Part shown: in pieces, positions 12,755-24,625 of the stretch | Layout of the letters: every line of letters starts with the position of its first letter | Numbering within the stretch: position 1 is the stretch's first letter | Assembly: GCA_951406725.2 (NCBI GenBank) | Contig: OX597832.1 | Location: forward strand, 28,954,001-29,018,000 | DNA: 64,000 nt | DNA from: Octopus vulgaris | Taxonomy: Eukaryota | Direction: 5' to 3' | Program-made: the position numbers and the translations under genes | The notes under the pieces: model-generated | What the model saw: the letters and a program-made list of their open reading frames with translations, nothing else | What the model was told of the DNA's origin: nothing | Database searches by the model: none

Positions 12755-13714
12755 GAGGGCGGGGGGTAAAGGGTGAGGTAGGGTGAAGTGTGTGTATGTG
12801 TGTATGTGTGTGTGTGTGTGTGTGTTTATCCAAATATTAGAGGATATGCGTTTAAGTAAACACATAATATAGATTCCACGCGCACAGGCGTCACATACAC
12901 ATCCACAGATTTACACTTCATCGTGGTGTCGTGGTGGTGGTGGTGGTGGTGGTGGCGGCGGCGGCGGGCGGCGTTGGTGCTTGTGGCGGTGTTGATGATA
13001 ATGGTGTTGGTGATATTGTTGGTGGTGGTGATGCTCATAGTGATGAGGAATAGGGAGGAGCAGAAAGGAGGAGGAGGAGTGGTGCGGAGGCGATGATGAG
13101 ATGAAAGTGTTTGAGAGCGGAAGTACATAAACAAACTTTCATTTGTGATAGACTCGATATCGATCGATCGATCTATCGATCTTGCGCTGCCTGTGGCGGC
13201 AGTATCCTTAGCAAATCTCTGTAGCTGCAGGTTTTATGATATTATGGAGCCAAAGGTCGTCAATTGAGGAATATTTCATGTGAAGTTATATTCTTCAGAT
13301 TCCAGTTAGGACAAACCCAAACCGCACAAAGATGGAGTCCAGTAACCTTTTCCCAACTCAAACCACACAGAACGCAAATTTCATTTTTACACCGAGATTC
13401 ACAAATTCTTTCATTCCACGAGACTGCCTATATGCGGTTGCTAGACAAGCTAAAAATAGCAACCATATTTCTTTATCAAATCGCATTCAGCTGTTGGAAT
13501 AAAGGACCCGTTAAATGATGTGGCTGGTGCTTATCTTTAGAAAGATGGGATGGTCACGACTGGAGTGTTATAGATCTGTTTCATGAAGGTTGAAGTAGGG
13601 GGGGTCGTTGTAAGTAAATTGAACCCTCTATGGAAAATGGTGGGGTAGGTCTATTTAGCAACCACAGCTATATTGAATTTGTTAACCCTCTAGGGACCGA
13701 ACCAGAGAGGAAGG

Positions 13715-13938
13715 TCGCTAAGGCGACGATGGATCTTGTTGAAATAGCAGCTAAAATTCCCTCGAGTCACATCTTGTCTTAAATTAAGAAAAGCACATTG
13801 GATATATGTAATCCAAGGTACACTATATCTGAAAATAAAACGGAGTGATTATGACTCGAATGCCTTTGATCAGCCATCCAGTTGATAAAATCTTACCTAG
13901 GGTTAAACAAAATCAAGCAACAACAATAACAACAACAG
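13715..13938 (+). repeat. Old dispersed repeat family E ending in (AAC)n. Other decayed copies: about 4312-4722, 13423-13600, 57725-57925 (+); 26003-26135, 46585-46775, 51245-51435 (-)
   Basis: Shared motifs 'tagaaatagcagccaaa', 'gggatggtcacg..tggaatgcctttgatc' and 'ggggctaaacaacaac'; boundaries approximate. Confidence 0.6.
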
Positions 13939-14425
13939 CGTTCTGACGATGATTGATCTGAGATTATCTTCGACCGATAAGACCCGACACAATTATAAAT
14001 TTTCTGAGGAGTGTTTCGCGGCGTTTCGAGAGCTTCGTTGAATTATTGGCACGAACAATAATATATACTGAGGGAGGACAAGCCAAGCACGAGTTCAGCG
14101 AAGTCAAACTTTATTCAGGAGATCAAACATCAAGTGAAGATTTAAGATCGAGTGAAGTGATTAGTGAAGATCAAAGAAGAGTCGTTCGATACCAAGTGAA
14201 GAATATTGAAGAATTAAACGAGATCCAATCGAAGTTCGTACCAGAATCATCGAATTGAGTAATGTCGAGTTTAAAAGCAAACAAAAGTCTACAGGTTCTA
14301 ATCGAGGAGAAGTTGAAAAGAAGAGGGACCAAGATCTTAATGATGGCCAGAGTGAAGCGAAATAAAAACCAACAACGAACGAAGAGATAATATGAGCGAA
14401 CTAGACAAGAATCAACAAGGAATTA

Positions 14426-14621
14426 CCGCATTTGATGGCATAAAAGACGCACTTTCTTCCAAAACTAGGTGTCTCAAAATTTATCCCAGGTTTCTATTTG
14501 CCTGGTTGGACCATCCGCAACTTTTAATGCACAAAAATCTTTTTATTTTTTCCTGAATATACGTTGCTGAAATTGGAGTGTATCTATTACGGCCTTGTGT
14601 CTTTTATGCCATCCAATGGCG
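14426..14621. mobile_element. Tc1/mariner-pogo-type MITE
   Basis: About 26-bp TIRs ccgcatttgatggcataaaagacgca / tgtgtcttttatgccatccaatggcg, flanked by TA on both sides. Confidence 0.8.
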
Positions 14622-15024
14622 TAAGTGAAGACCAAATCTGAGGACTAGATATAAATTAATTGAAAAACGACAAATGTCAAGAAGAGTCAAGGTTTCAAGG
14701 CGCAACGAAAATTTTTGGAAAATAAAAATAAGAAATAAGTGGAAATTTTACCGGTGAGTGTGTTAAATAATAAGGCACTAAAAGAGAATGACTCTCCCCA
14801 GACACAACAGAATATGCTTCAACACAGGAACTCATATAAAGAATCTTGCAAACCAAATCCCAAAACGAATGTCTCTTCAGACCTTAAAAATGACAAAGAA
14901 AATTTGAAACTTTTCCATTCTGAATTAATATTTACCAGTCTTTTATAATTCGTTAGTGACTCGTCCTAAAAAGAAAAAAGCGTTCTTTGGATAAAAAGAG
15001 CCAATCAACTTTATAGAATCAATA

Positions 15025-15171
15025 GTAAGTTCATGGTTGGCTACATGGTTAAGAAGTCCCGAATAAGGATAGCGTATGCTCATGGCTGGCTGTATGGTTA
15101 AGAGGTGCCGAATTCAGATAACGTAGGTTCGTGGCTGGCTGTATGGTTAAGGGGTTCTGAATCCGGATACC
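15025..15171 (+). repeat. 3 x 49-bp diverged tandem repeat
   Basis: Units start at 15025, 15074 and 15123; core tggctggctgtatggttaag. Confidence 0.8.
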
Positions 15172-15174
15172 GTA

Positions 15175-15594
15175 CTCTTTTACTTGTTTCAGTCATTTGA
15201 CTGTGGCCATGCTGGAGCACCACCTTTAGTCGAGCAAATCAACCACAGGACTTATTATTTGTAAGCCTAGTACTTATTCTATCGGTCTCTTTTGCCGAAC
15301 CGCTAAGTTACGGGGGACGTAAACACACCAGCATCGGTTATCAAGCGATGTTGGGGGAACAAGCGCGCGCGCGCACACACTCACACACACACTCCACACA
15401 CACACACATATATATATATATATACACATATACAACAGGCTTCTTTCAGTTTCCGTCTACCAAATCCACTCACAAGGCTTTGGTGGGCCCGAGACTCTGG
15501 TAGAAGACACTTGCCCAACATGCCACGCAGTGGGACTGAACCCGGAACCATGTGGCTGGTAAGCGAGCTACTTACCACACAGCCACTCCTATGC
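15175..15594 (-). mobile_element. Full-length SINE family B with internal microsatellite
   Basis: tRNA-like head (aggagtggctgtgtggtaag...gggttcagtccc), internal (TA)/(TG) tract, tail ...aaatgactgaaacaagtaaaagagta. Confidence 0.9.
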
Positions 15595-16134
15595 CTACTA
15601 CTGTAGCTAAAATATGAGAGTTTTCGCCATCTGATTATAATCATGAACTTTCGTTCAACTTTCTTCTCCTCCAGGATTGCATAATTCGACCACCCAAATG
15701 ACCATCATCACTCACCTGGAGCTCATTAACATTATATTTTGTGGAATATTCAAAGATGGGATAAAAGAAAGAAAAATATTCTTCTCTTATGCAAAAAAAA
15801 TATTCTTCCATGGCGGCACAAAGTCCTCCATCAATAGATAAGTGGAAGTGATGTGAAATGGTTGCAGCAAAAGATTGAAATCGTATGGAATTATTTATTG
15901 CCTCACAACCTCAACTTGGTGGTGGGGTTTTATAAGAATAAATATTGGAACTGAATTTAAAACAAAACAAAACAAAAAGCAGTATCAAATCTCTGTCCGT
16001 CGGTGCGTGTTTTAACCGGATTAATCGTTACCAAATTTACACGAACCAAACATAATTATGTAGAAGACATTGCAAGTGAGCAACAGATCTTGTAGAAAAA
16101 AAGCGAATTGAAACAGTTCCATAACGAAAGTAAA

Positions 16135-16372
16135 TTATTGGCAGCCAGTTCTGACCACAGCTAACCAATCGGAAAACTATAATTACATCGATGTTCGTTT
16201 GATTGGCAGCCATTGGTGAATTGATGTGTAGTTTTCTGTGGAAGATGGCGTCGGGGAATTGTATGGCAGACGACATAATTTAGTTCATTATTTCAAGCAG
16301 AGATGTCAAGCAGTGTAGAATCGTGCTAAACCATCACTGACCCGTGTCTACTAACTGCTTCCGACTTCCGTT
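16135..16372. promoter_or_regulatory. Candidate promoter-like motif cluster
   Basis: Four CCAAT/ATTGG boxes (about 16137, 16166, 16202, 16212), YY1-type AAGATGGCG (about 16242) and ETS-type ACTTCCG (about 16364) in unique sequence. Confidence 0.35.
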
Positions 16373-16964
16373 TTCTGACATTTTGCTTCAATTCTTTCGA
16401 GAAAAGTATAAAACTTACCAATTTCCTATTTCTCACTTCTCCTTCTTCCACTTCGAAACTATCTCAATCTTGAAACTGTTTCTGTCGCTTTTATCGACCA
16501 TTATCAACATATTTACGACGCAAAGCCATCGTAGCAGAGAAAGCCGATCTATCAGATGGAAAATCACCTGTTTGTGTGGAAAGATCAGCAGAAATTCCCT
16601 GTCACCTGACATTTTATACAAAACCAATATGTGACTTTCATTTTGGAAAGCATTTGTTAACATCTGAAGGTTCGTGCCAATTTAGTAGCTCTAATATTTA
16701 TTTAACTTGCGAACATAAACGGTTGGGTCGATAGAGTCACAGACAAACCAACCCCGGCTTCTATGGTTCACAGCCTGTTACTTTCGTGGTTTTATGTCTG
16801 TCAAATGCAGGCATGACTGTGTGGTTTAAGGGGCTTCGGTTCAGTTCCTGAGCGCGGCAGGTTAGGCGAGGGTCTTGTACGATCGCTCCGGACGAACAAG
16901 CAGTGCCTTGTGAGTGAATTGGGTAGAGTCTAAAGTCTACGTGTGTGTGTGTGTGTGTGTGTGT

Positions 16965-17007
<43 letters not shown>

Positions 17008-17623
17008 TGTGTGTATGTCTGTATGTCTGTGTGTGTGTTGTGGGTGTGTGTATGTCTGTGTGTCTGAGTGTGTGTTTGTGTGTGTGTGTGTGTCTGTGTG
17101 TATGTTTGTGTGTGTCTGTGTGTGTATGTCTGTGTGTGTGTGTGTGTGTGTGTTGGTGTGTGTCTGTGTGTGTGTATGCCTGTGTGTCTGAGTGTGTGTG
17201 TGTGTGTGTCTGTGTGTCTGTGTGTGTGCGTATGTCTGTGTCTGTGTGTGTTTGTGTGTCCGTGTGTGTGTGTATGTCTGTGTGTCTGTGTGTGTGTCCG
17301 TGTGTGTGTTTGTGTGTGTGTGTGTATGTCTGTGTGTCTGTGTGTGTGTTTGTGTGTGTGTGTGCATGTCTGTGTGTCTGTGTGTGTGTTTGTGTGTGTG
17401 TCTGTGTATGTCTGTGTGTCTATGTGTGTCTTTGTGTGTGTGTGTCTGTATATATGTGTGTGTGCGCGCATGCGTGTGTGTACGTGTCTCTGTGTCTTTT
17501 GCACTCACTTGTGCATTTGAGGACTTTCGCTGACGACAGTGATGGGAATGGCGGTGTACTCTACAAATTAAACTGTGAGCAGTAAGTCACCGCTGTACTC
17601 AGCCGGAATCGTATTTCGATTCG

Positions 17624-17674
17624 ATTGGCTGCCAATAATGGTGACGTCACTGCACTCGGAACGGTCAAAGGTCA
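17624..17674. promoter_or_regulatory. Candidate cis-regulatory module (CCAAT pair, CRE, nuclear-receptor DR1)
   Basis: ATTGG 17624-17628, CCAAT 17632-17636, GTGACGTCAC 17641-17650, CGGTCA-A-AGGTCA 17662-17674. Confidence 0.45.
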
Positions 17675-17894
17675 TAGAAGTTGGCAGGTTACACTAAATA
17701 TTAGCGGTGAATATTAGGGTGAGTTCGGGTGTTTATAAGCGTGTGTTGCACATATGTGGGGAGGCACAGCCAACGATGTAGAAAACAAGACCAGCATTTC
17801 TTGCACATAATGTCCTTCTTTCCCTTTTTCCTTTCTCTCCTTCCCTTGCTCTCACTCTCCCCCCTCTCTCTCTTTCTCTTATGCATACACACAG

Positions 17895-17931
<37 letters not shown>

Positions 17932-18547
17932 TGTGTGTGCTGGTAGTGACTTGTAGGTGCAGCCAAGTGTTCTAGACAGCTGTTACATAAACAATCTCCA
18001 CGTTTACTAAACGTTAATTACTGCACCGAAACCAATTAGTCTTATATTTAATGAAGACATATGTACTAATTAGACATAAGATTCCTGTCCCTTCATTCAC
18101 TCATTTACTCATTCAGCCAGCAAAAGGTGTGTACGCGCACGCGCACACATGCACACACACACACACTCACACACATACACATATATTTGTATACATGTGT
18201 GTATTCATAGGTGTATATAAAATGCTAATTGTATATATACTCACCCACACATACATTCATACACACACACACACACACACACACACATATGTGTGTGTGT
18301 GTGCATACATGCGTATGTGTATCTGTGTGTGTACATCACATTGTGTGTGTGTGTCATATATGACGCAGACATAATCTTGTATCTTGAATGGATTGCTTCG
18401 CAAACACATGGGTTCAGGATCGATTCCTCTACGTGGCGTTTTGAGCAAATATAATGTACCATATAGCCTCGATTCACACACTTCATTATAAGTACTATTT
18501 GGTAGGCGGAAACTGTGCCAAATCCTGTTTTATACACACACACAAAC

Positions 18548-18593
<46 letters not shown>

Positions 18594-18600
18594 GTATAAA

Positions 18601-18633
<33 letters not shown>

Positions 18634-18678
18634 GTGTATAAATATATATGTATATATATATATATGTATATATATACA

Positions 18679-18763
<85 letters not shown>

Positions 18764-19012
18764 GATAGTGGTTGTGAGTGCAACCCATCATGGGATAACA
18801 TATATCCAATATACTGCTAGTAAAGCACCCAACAAAGTTATACTCACTTATACATACTGTACTTATTGTATCATATTACTCATTGATGTACACTGTTTTG
18901 TTCTATATTATTATGTTTGACCTTAATGTTCATATGTAGTGGTTTAATAAATTATGTGATTGGGTATTATCAGGTGGTTGATTATTGATTAAGATGTATT
19001 TCTCCATTTTCT

Positions 19013-19079
<67 letters not shown>

Positions 19080-19286
19080 GTGAAATAGAAAGATGAATAA
19101 TCTTGTAGTAGATTAATCAAAAGTTTAACCGATACCTTAGTAGCAAAAATCACAGCAGTAAAACAGCACGGTTGGAGGTACAACCATATGGTGTTGCAAC
19201 CGTGCGTTGGTGCGGATAATTGAAATTAGAACATTATTGGTGAATTGAAGAAATGGAGCTGAACGCAGATTGAACAGAAATCGTTT

Positions 19287-19380
19287 TATTTCATTCTACA
19301 CGTGTTTCGAAAGGCACAAATTACCAAAATCCGATGGAATAATGGGACCATATTGTGTCTTTCTCTTCAGGAAGAAAATA
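19287..19380 (-). ncRNA. Type I hammerhead ribozyme (mirror copy in left arm)
   Basis: Exact reverse complement of 19437-19530. Confidence 0.8.
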
Positions 19381-19436
19381 GTTCGATTTGTTTTTGCTCC
19401 GCCTCTGTTCTGTTTTTGTTTTTCCAACGGATTTCC

Positions 19437-19530
19437 TATTTTCTTCCTGAAGAGAAAGACACAATATGGTCCCATTATTCCATCGGATTTTGGTAATTTG
19501 TGCCTTTCGAAACACGTGTAGAATGAAATA
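19437..19530 (+). ncRNA. Type I hammerhead ribozyme with palindromic stem III
   Basis: tattttcttc-CTGAAGA-gaaagacacaa...ttgtgcctttc-GAAA-cacgtg-TA-gaatgaaata. Stem II 10/11 bp, stem I 9/10 bp (one G·U), GUA triplet with cleavage predicted after 19520. Confidence 0.82.
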
Positions 19531-19577
19531 AAACGATTTCTGTTCAATCTGCGTTCAGCTCCATTTCTTCAATTCAC

Positions 19578-19670
<93 letters not shown>

Positions 19671-19750
19671 GTATATATACATACATTGCTTTACTGGCTT
19701 CATCTCGAAGACTAGACAATGCTGGGGCTCCGCTAATAAAATAATTGCTT

Positions 19751-19842
19751 CGCCCACTGGGGTACTTGAAACCACGACTCTCAGATCACTAAGCTTAAGT
19801 CTACCATAAAATCTGATGCTCAACCGACTGAGCTATGTGGGC
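19751..19842 (-). tRNA. Intron-containing tRNA-Lys(UUU)-like gene, probably a pseudogene (intron about 19787-19806)
   Basis: GCCCACATAGCTCAGTCGGTTGAGCATCAGATTTTA[20 nt]ATCTGAGAGTCGTGGTTTCAAGTACCCCAGTGGGCG. Acceptor stem 6/7, anticodon loop 1 nt short, T-stem altered, TTTT downstream. Confidence 0.7.
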
Positions 19843-19952
19843 TAATATTTTAATTTTGCTTCTCTGGGATTTCACCTGTGTGGTCCCAGGATGCCAGGAT
19901 GCCAGGAGCGAAATGATGACATCGTTAATCTCTACTTCGTTAATTGTACATG

Positions 19953-19984
<32 letters not shown>

Positions 19985-20036
19985 TGTATGTATGTATGTA
20001 TGTATGTATGTATGTGTGTATGTGTGTATGTGTGTA

Positions 20037-20067
<31 letters not shown>

Positions 20068-20068
20068 A

Positions 20069-20099
<31 letters not shown>

Positions 20100-20411
20100 A
20101 TGTGTGTGTGTATGTATGTATGTATGTGTGTGTATGTATGTATGCATGTATGCATGTATGCATGTATGTATGTATGTATGTATGTATGTATGTATGCATG
20201 TATGTATGCATGTATGTATGTATGTATGTATCTATGTATGTATGTATGTATGTATGTATGTATGTATGCATTTATGTATGTATGTATGTATGTATGTATG
20301 TATGTATGCATTTATGTATGTATGTATGTGTACTCAAATGTTAGTTTGAGAGCGAAACAGCAAGAAAGTGTTCAATAGTTGTTTCAAAGTGAATAATTTC
20401 TTTAAAGTGAA

Positions 20412-20471
20412 TTTCTTTGATTCGACTTTCACGCAGCGAACTATCCATGCCACTGCGATCTTCAGGAAAAA
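20412..20471 (-). ncRNA. Degenerate hammerhead motif
   Basis: tttttc-CTGAAGA-tcgcagtgg...tcgctgcgt-GAAA-gtcgaa-TC-aaagaa. An 8-bp stem II with a U·U closing pair; single mismatches in stems I and III. Confidence 0.55.
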
Positions 20472-20905
20472 CCCTGAAACGGTGGCAGAATTTACTTCTC
20501 TTCTTGTCCGCTTTTGCCCTCAAAGAACTCCCTGTTTTTCCGTTCTTAAATATATATATTCTTGTTTGCACTTATCTCCCAAACATTTTGCATTATTATA
20601 TTATTTCAAAATTTAATCGTATTTGAATTATGTATACTTATTGTAAAAAGAAAGAAAGAAAACTTTTGTACTAACGTAGATGAAATCTGCCACATAAAGT
20701 TTCTATAAATGGTTTTTGTTTCATAATAACTTTACATATAAACGCGTTTGCACGAATCGCACTTTTAATACGCTTTTAATATGCCTTGTCTTACAATCTA
20801 ATCTTATATTAAACTGATTCAATAATTTTTAAGACTCAAACACACGAAATTCTCTACACAAACTTTCATTGTCTGATTCTCCCATAAAAACTATATTATA
20901 TAAAC

Positions 20906-20960
20906 AATACTCTGACGAACCTGGATCACCAGATGAAACATCTTGCAAGTTGTTAGATAA
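20906..20960 (+). ncRNA. Degenerate hammerhead motif
   Basis: ct-CTGACGA-acctgg atca ccagat-GAAA-catcttgcaagttg-TT-ag. Stem II 5/6 bp, near-palindromic stem III, stem I only 2 bp. Confidence 0.5.
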
Positions 20961-21275
20961 CTCTTAAAATAAAACCATTCACTGCTACCAAATATTTTGA
21001 GTTCGTTTCCTTGTTTGTTTTCTTTCTAGCTTTTTTTTGTTGTTGTTATTTTTAGCCTTTCCTACAACCCTAGCCTTATTTCAAAGAACGCCAATGTCAT
21101 ATTTTATATTCTTCTATACAAATTTCAGTTTTATATGTATTTTCAATATGGCGAATTTAACAACTGAATTCCTACCGTACTTTATTTCACGGTTTCCATG
21201 GTCCTCCTGCCTTTCTCCATACACGTGCATCATCAGCATCATCATCATCATCATCACCCTCATCACTTTATTATT

Positions 21276-21311
<36 letters not shown>

Positions 21312-21312
21312 A

Positions 21313-21512
21313 GGGCGGCGTGCTGGTAGAATCGTTAGCACGCCAGGAAAAAAACGCTTTGTGGCATTTCGTCCGTCGCTGCGTTCTGAGTTCAAATTCC
21401 GCCGAGGTCGACTTTGCCTTTCTTCCTTCCGGGATCGATAAATTAAGTACCAGCGGAGTATTGTGCTAGATATAAGCGACTGACCCACCTCCCCCGAACG
21501 TGTAGGCCTTGA
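21313..21512 (+). mobile_element. SINE family A copy with the alternative tail
   Basis: gggcggcgtgctggtagaatcgttagcacgcc...gagttcaaattccgccgaggtcgactttgcc. Confidence 0.85.
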
Positions 21513-21800
21513 AAGGATTGTTGCTGTTGTTGTTACATTATGTCTTCCCTGCTTTAGGCGTGTATTAATTTCAGTCAGTTAAATAGAATTTATTTATCAT
21601 GTTTTTTTTTCTTTATATTTTTTCCACAAAATCGGAAATATCTAGAAATCCTAGACACTTTTGGTTCCGAGTTTGTCGGATAATTAGTCCGGCGCTATTG
21701 TAGATAGATATAAAGACAGACGGACGAACGGACGGACGGACGGACGGATAGACGGACGGATTAACGGACAGATAGACAGACAGATAGATAGAAAGAAGAC

Positions 21801-21865
<65 letters not shown>

Positions 21866-21930
21866 TGTAGGTAGATAGATAGATTGATAGATAGATAGAT
21901 AATGATAGACAGACAGACAGACAGACAGAC

Positions 21931-21976
<46 letters not shown>

Positions 21977-21977
21977 T

Positions 21978-22066
<89 letters not shown>

Positions 22067-22067
22067 T

Positions 22068-22183
<116 letters not shown>

Positions 22184-22500
22184 AACAAGCAGATAGACAG
22201 ACGAACGGACAGACAGACAGACAGACAGACAGATAAATAGATAGATAGATAGATATAAACATAGATATGTACGTGGATGTATGTGTGTAAGCATTTGTAT
22301 ATAAACGTTCTATTGTTCTCTATCGTCTGAATTTCGGAAACAAGACACTCAAAGTAACGAGATGTAGAGTTTTCTTCTTTCGATGTGGAGTCCTGCCTCT
22401 TACCCCAGATGTTGGCGGTGCCCCAGCATGGCCACAGACCTAGAGCTAAAACTGGTAAAGAAAACGTACCCTTTGCAAACACACACGCACGCCTAATATT

Positions 22501-22531
<31 letters not shown>

Positions 22532-22873
22532 CTGATCGATTCGTGTATACGTATGTCGGTGGAGAAAGAGAGAGAGAGAGCGAAAGAGAGAGAGAGAGAG
22601 AGAAGGATCGATTGGACTCAAACGTACATCTTTCAGTTGATATTTCGCTATATTGACCACTGGTCTTCGGCCACTGACCCCAATCCAACACCCTAATAAA
22701 TCATTTGGGGTTTCACTCAAGAATTCGCAACTTCATTAATAATTTGCTTAATGGATGTGTGTGTGTGCGTCTCTGCATATGTGTGTGTGCACACACGCAT
22801 ATATGTATAGGTGTGTATAGGTGTATATAGGTGTATATATATATGTATATATACACATATATATGTAAATATG

Positions 22874-22930
<57 letters not shown>

Positions 22931-23148
22931 TATATGTATATATATATATCTGTATATATATACATATATATATATATGTATGTATGTGGGTGAATATATA
23001 TTTATATATATGTGTGTGTGTGTATATACATATATACGTATGTATATGCACACATATATGTATATATGTATATACGTATACATACGAATCAGTTCCAGTA
23101 CTTCCTGTCTTATGATATCGGTCTCTTCTGAATATGGTAGTGTTGATG

Positions 23149-23188
<40 letters not shown>

Positions 23189-23273
23189 CTTCGTACTCCT
23201 GACACTGGTGTCGTTGGTGCTAGTTTCGTCGCCATTATTGTTGTAATTGTTGCAGACATGATGGTGTCATTTC

Positions 23274-23352
<79 letters not shown>

Positions 23353-24306
23353 GCTGCTGCTGCTGCTGTTGATGTAGTTGGTGCCGTTGCTGCTACTCTC
23401 GTTCTTGCTTACAGTTGATGTTATTGTTGTCGCTGTCGTTGTTGCTACGGTTGTTGATATTTCACTCCTTGCTACATTTGTGTCTAACACTGGCGGAGCA
23501 TAAGGTTGTTTGTTGTTGTCGTAACTGTTGCTGCTCGTGTTGTTATTGCGGTGTCATCAGTTAAAGGAAGTCTTGTGTTTTGCTCCAGTCTCATTATCTT
23601 CCAGGAAACGCTACGATATGACAAAAGATTGAAAGAGAATGAAAGAGAGAAAGAGAATGAAAGCGAGAGAAAAGACTAAAGGGGAATGACGGAGAGAGAG
23701 ACAAAAGACTAAATGAGAATAAAGCTGAGAGCGAGCAGAACCCAGTTGTCAATATGGTTGACAATACTCATGACGTATCACTTCCCGTCATGCACTTTAC
23801 AAAGACCAAGTTTGTTTTCCGAATACGAGCAAAAACAAAATGGTTGAACCCAACACCATCACATAACGCAGGAGCCAGTCCTGATTTGATTAGACTCGAA
23901 GCTCCAAAATACTAGCAGGGCACAATATGTGTACAAATGGTCCTAATACCATGAAACGTGACTCTTAAGTATGCTTAGGTATGGATTAATTAATTGTGAG
24001 ATAATCAACTTGCGTAAATAATTAATTTAATTAGACTTTAAGCTCCAGTAATGGATCACATTGAATATTACTCCTTAGACACAAGTGATACTTAAATGAA
24101 AACTTAAGGAAAAAAAATATGGGTATGGAAAGACAAATTAAGAAGTTTTAATTAGACACGTAATTAGGAATTAATTAGACTTTCTGCTCCAGCGTCAATT
24201 ACTTCGCAGAATTGTTCACTAAACCCAACTGAATCTATTCATATCACTTAAGAACCATTTTAGACATGGATATCAAATTTAAGAAGCATTTTCGACCCAC
24301 GACAAG

Positions 24307-24405
24307 TTAAGGTGTGAAAAACAAAATACGAATTTTGGAAGCAGTTTCTATAAAACTAGCTTTTAAACATCGAATGGCTATGGGGGTCCATAGTAGTAGT
24401 AGTAA

Positions 24406-24471
<66 letters not shown>

Positions 24472-24583
24472 CGGTGGTGGTGATAGTAGTAGTAGTAGTA
24501 GTGGTTGTGGTGGTGGTAGTAGTAGTAGTGGTGGTGGTGGTGATAGTAGTAGCAGTAGTAGTGGTGGTGGTGGTGGTTGTAGC

Positions 24584-24625
<42 letters not shown>

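Larger units (their letters stand above)
19076..19584. mobile_element. (TA)n-flanked foldback element with a perfect 149-bp inverted repeat (19233-19381 / 19436-19584, 54-bp loop); Penelope-like pseudo-LTR arrangement inferred
   Basis: Arms are exact reverse complements by eye, and the ORF track gives identical N-terminal peptides on both strands. Each arm carries a hammerhead motif. Confidence 0.8.

Noticed and set aside
14046-14420. Purine-rich ORF-like stretch with recurring agtgaag
   Set aside because: Short ORF with stops in neighbouring frames and no period or domain I can define.
20341-20571. Minus-strand ORF with 'YIFKNGKTGSSLR', superficially like a Penelope GIY-YIG nuclease
   Set aside because: Motif spacing is wrong and the stretch is better explained by the overlapping hammerhead-like fold; cannot be supported without an HMM search.
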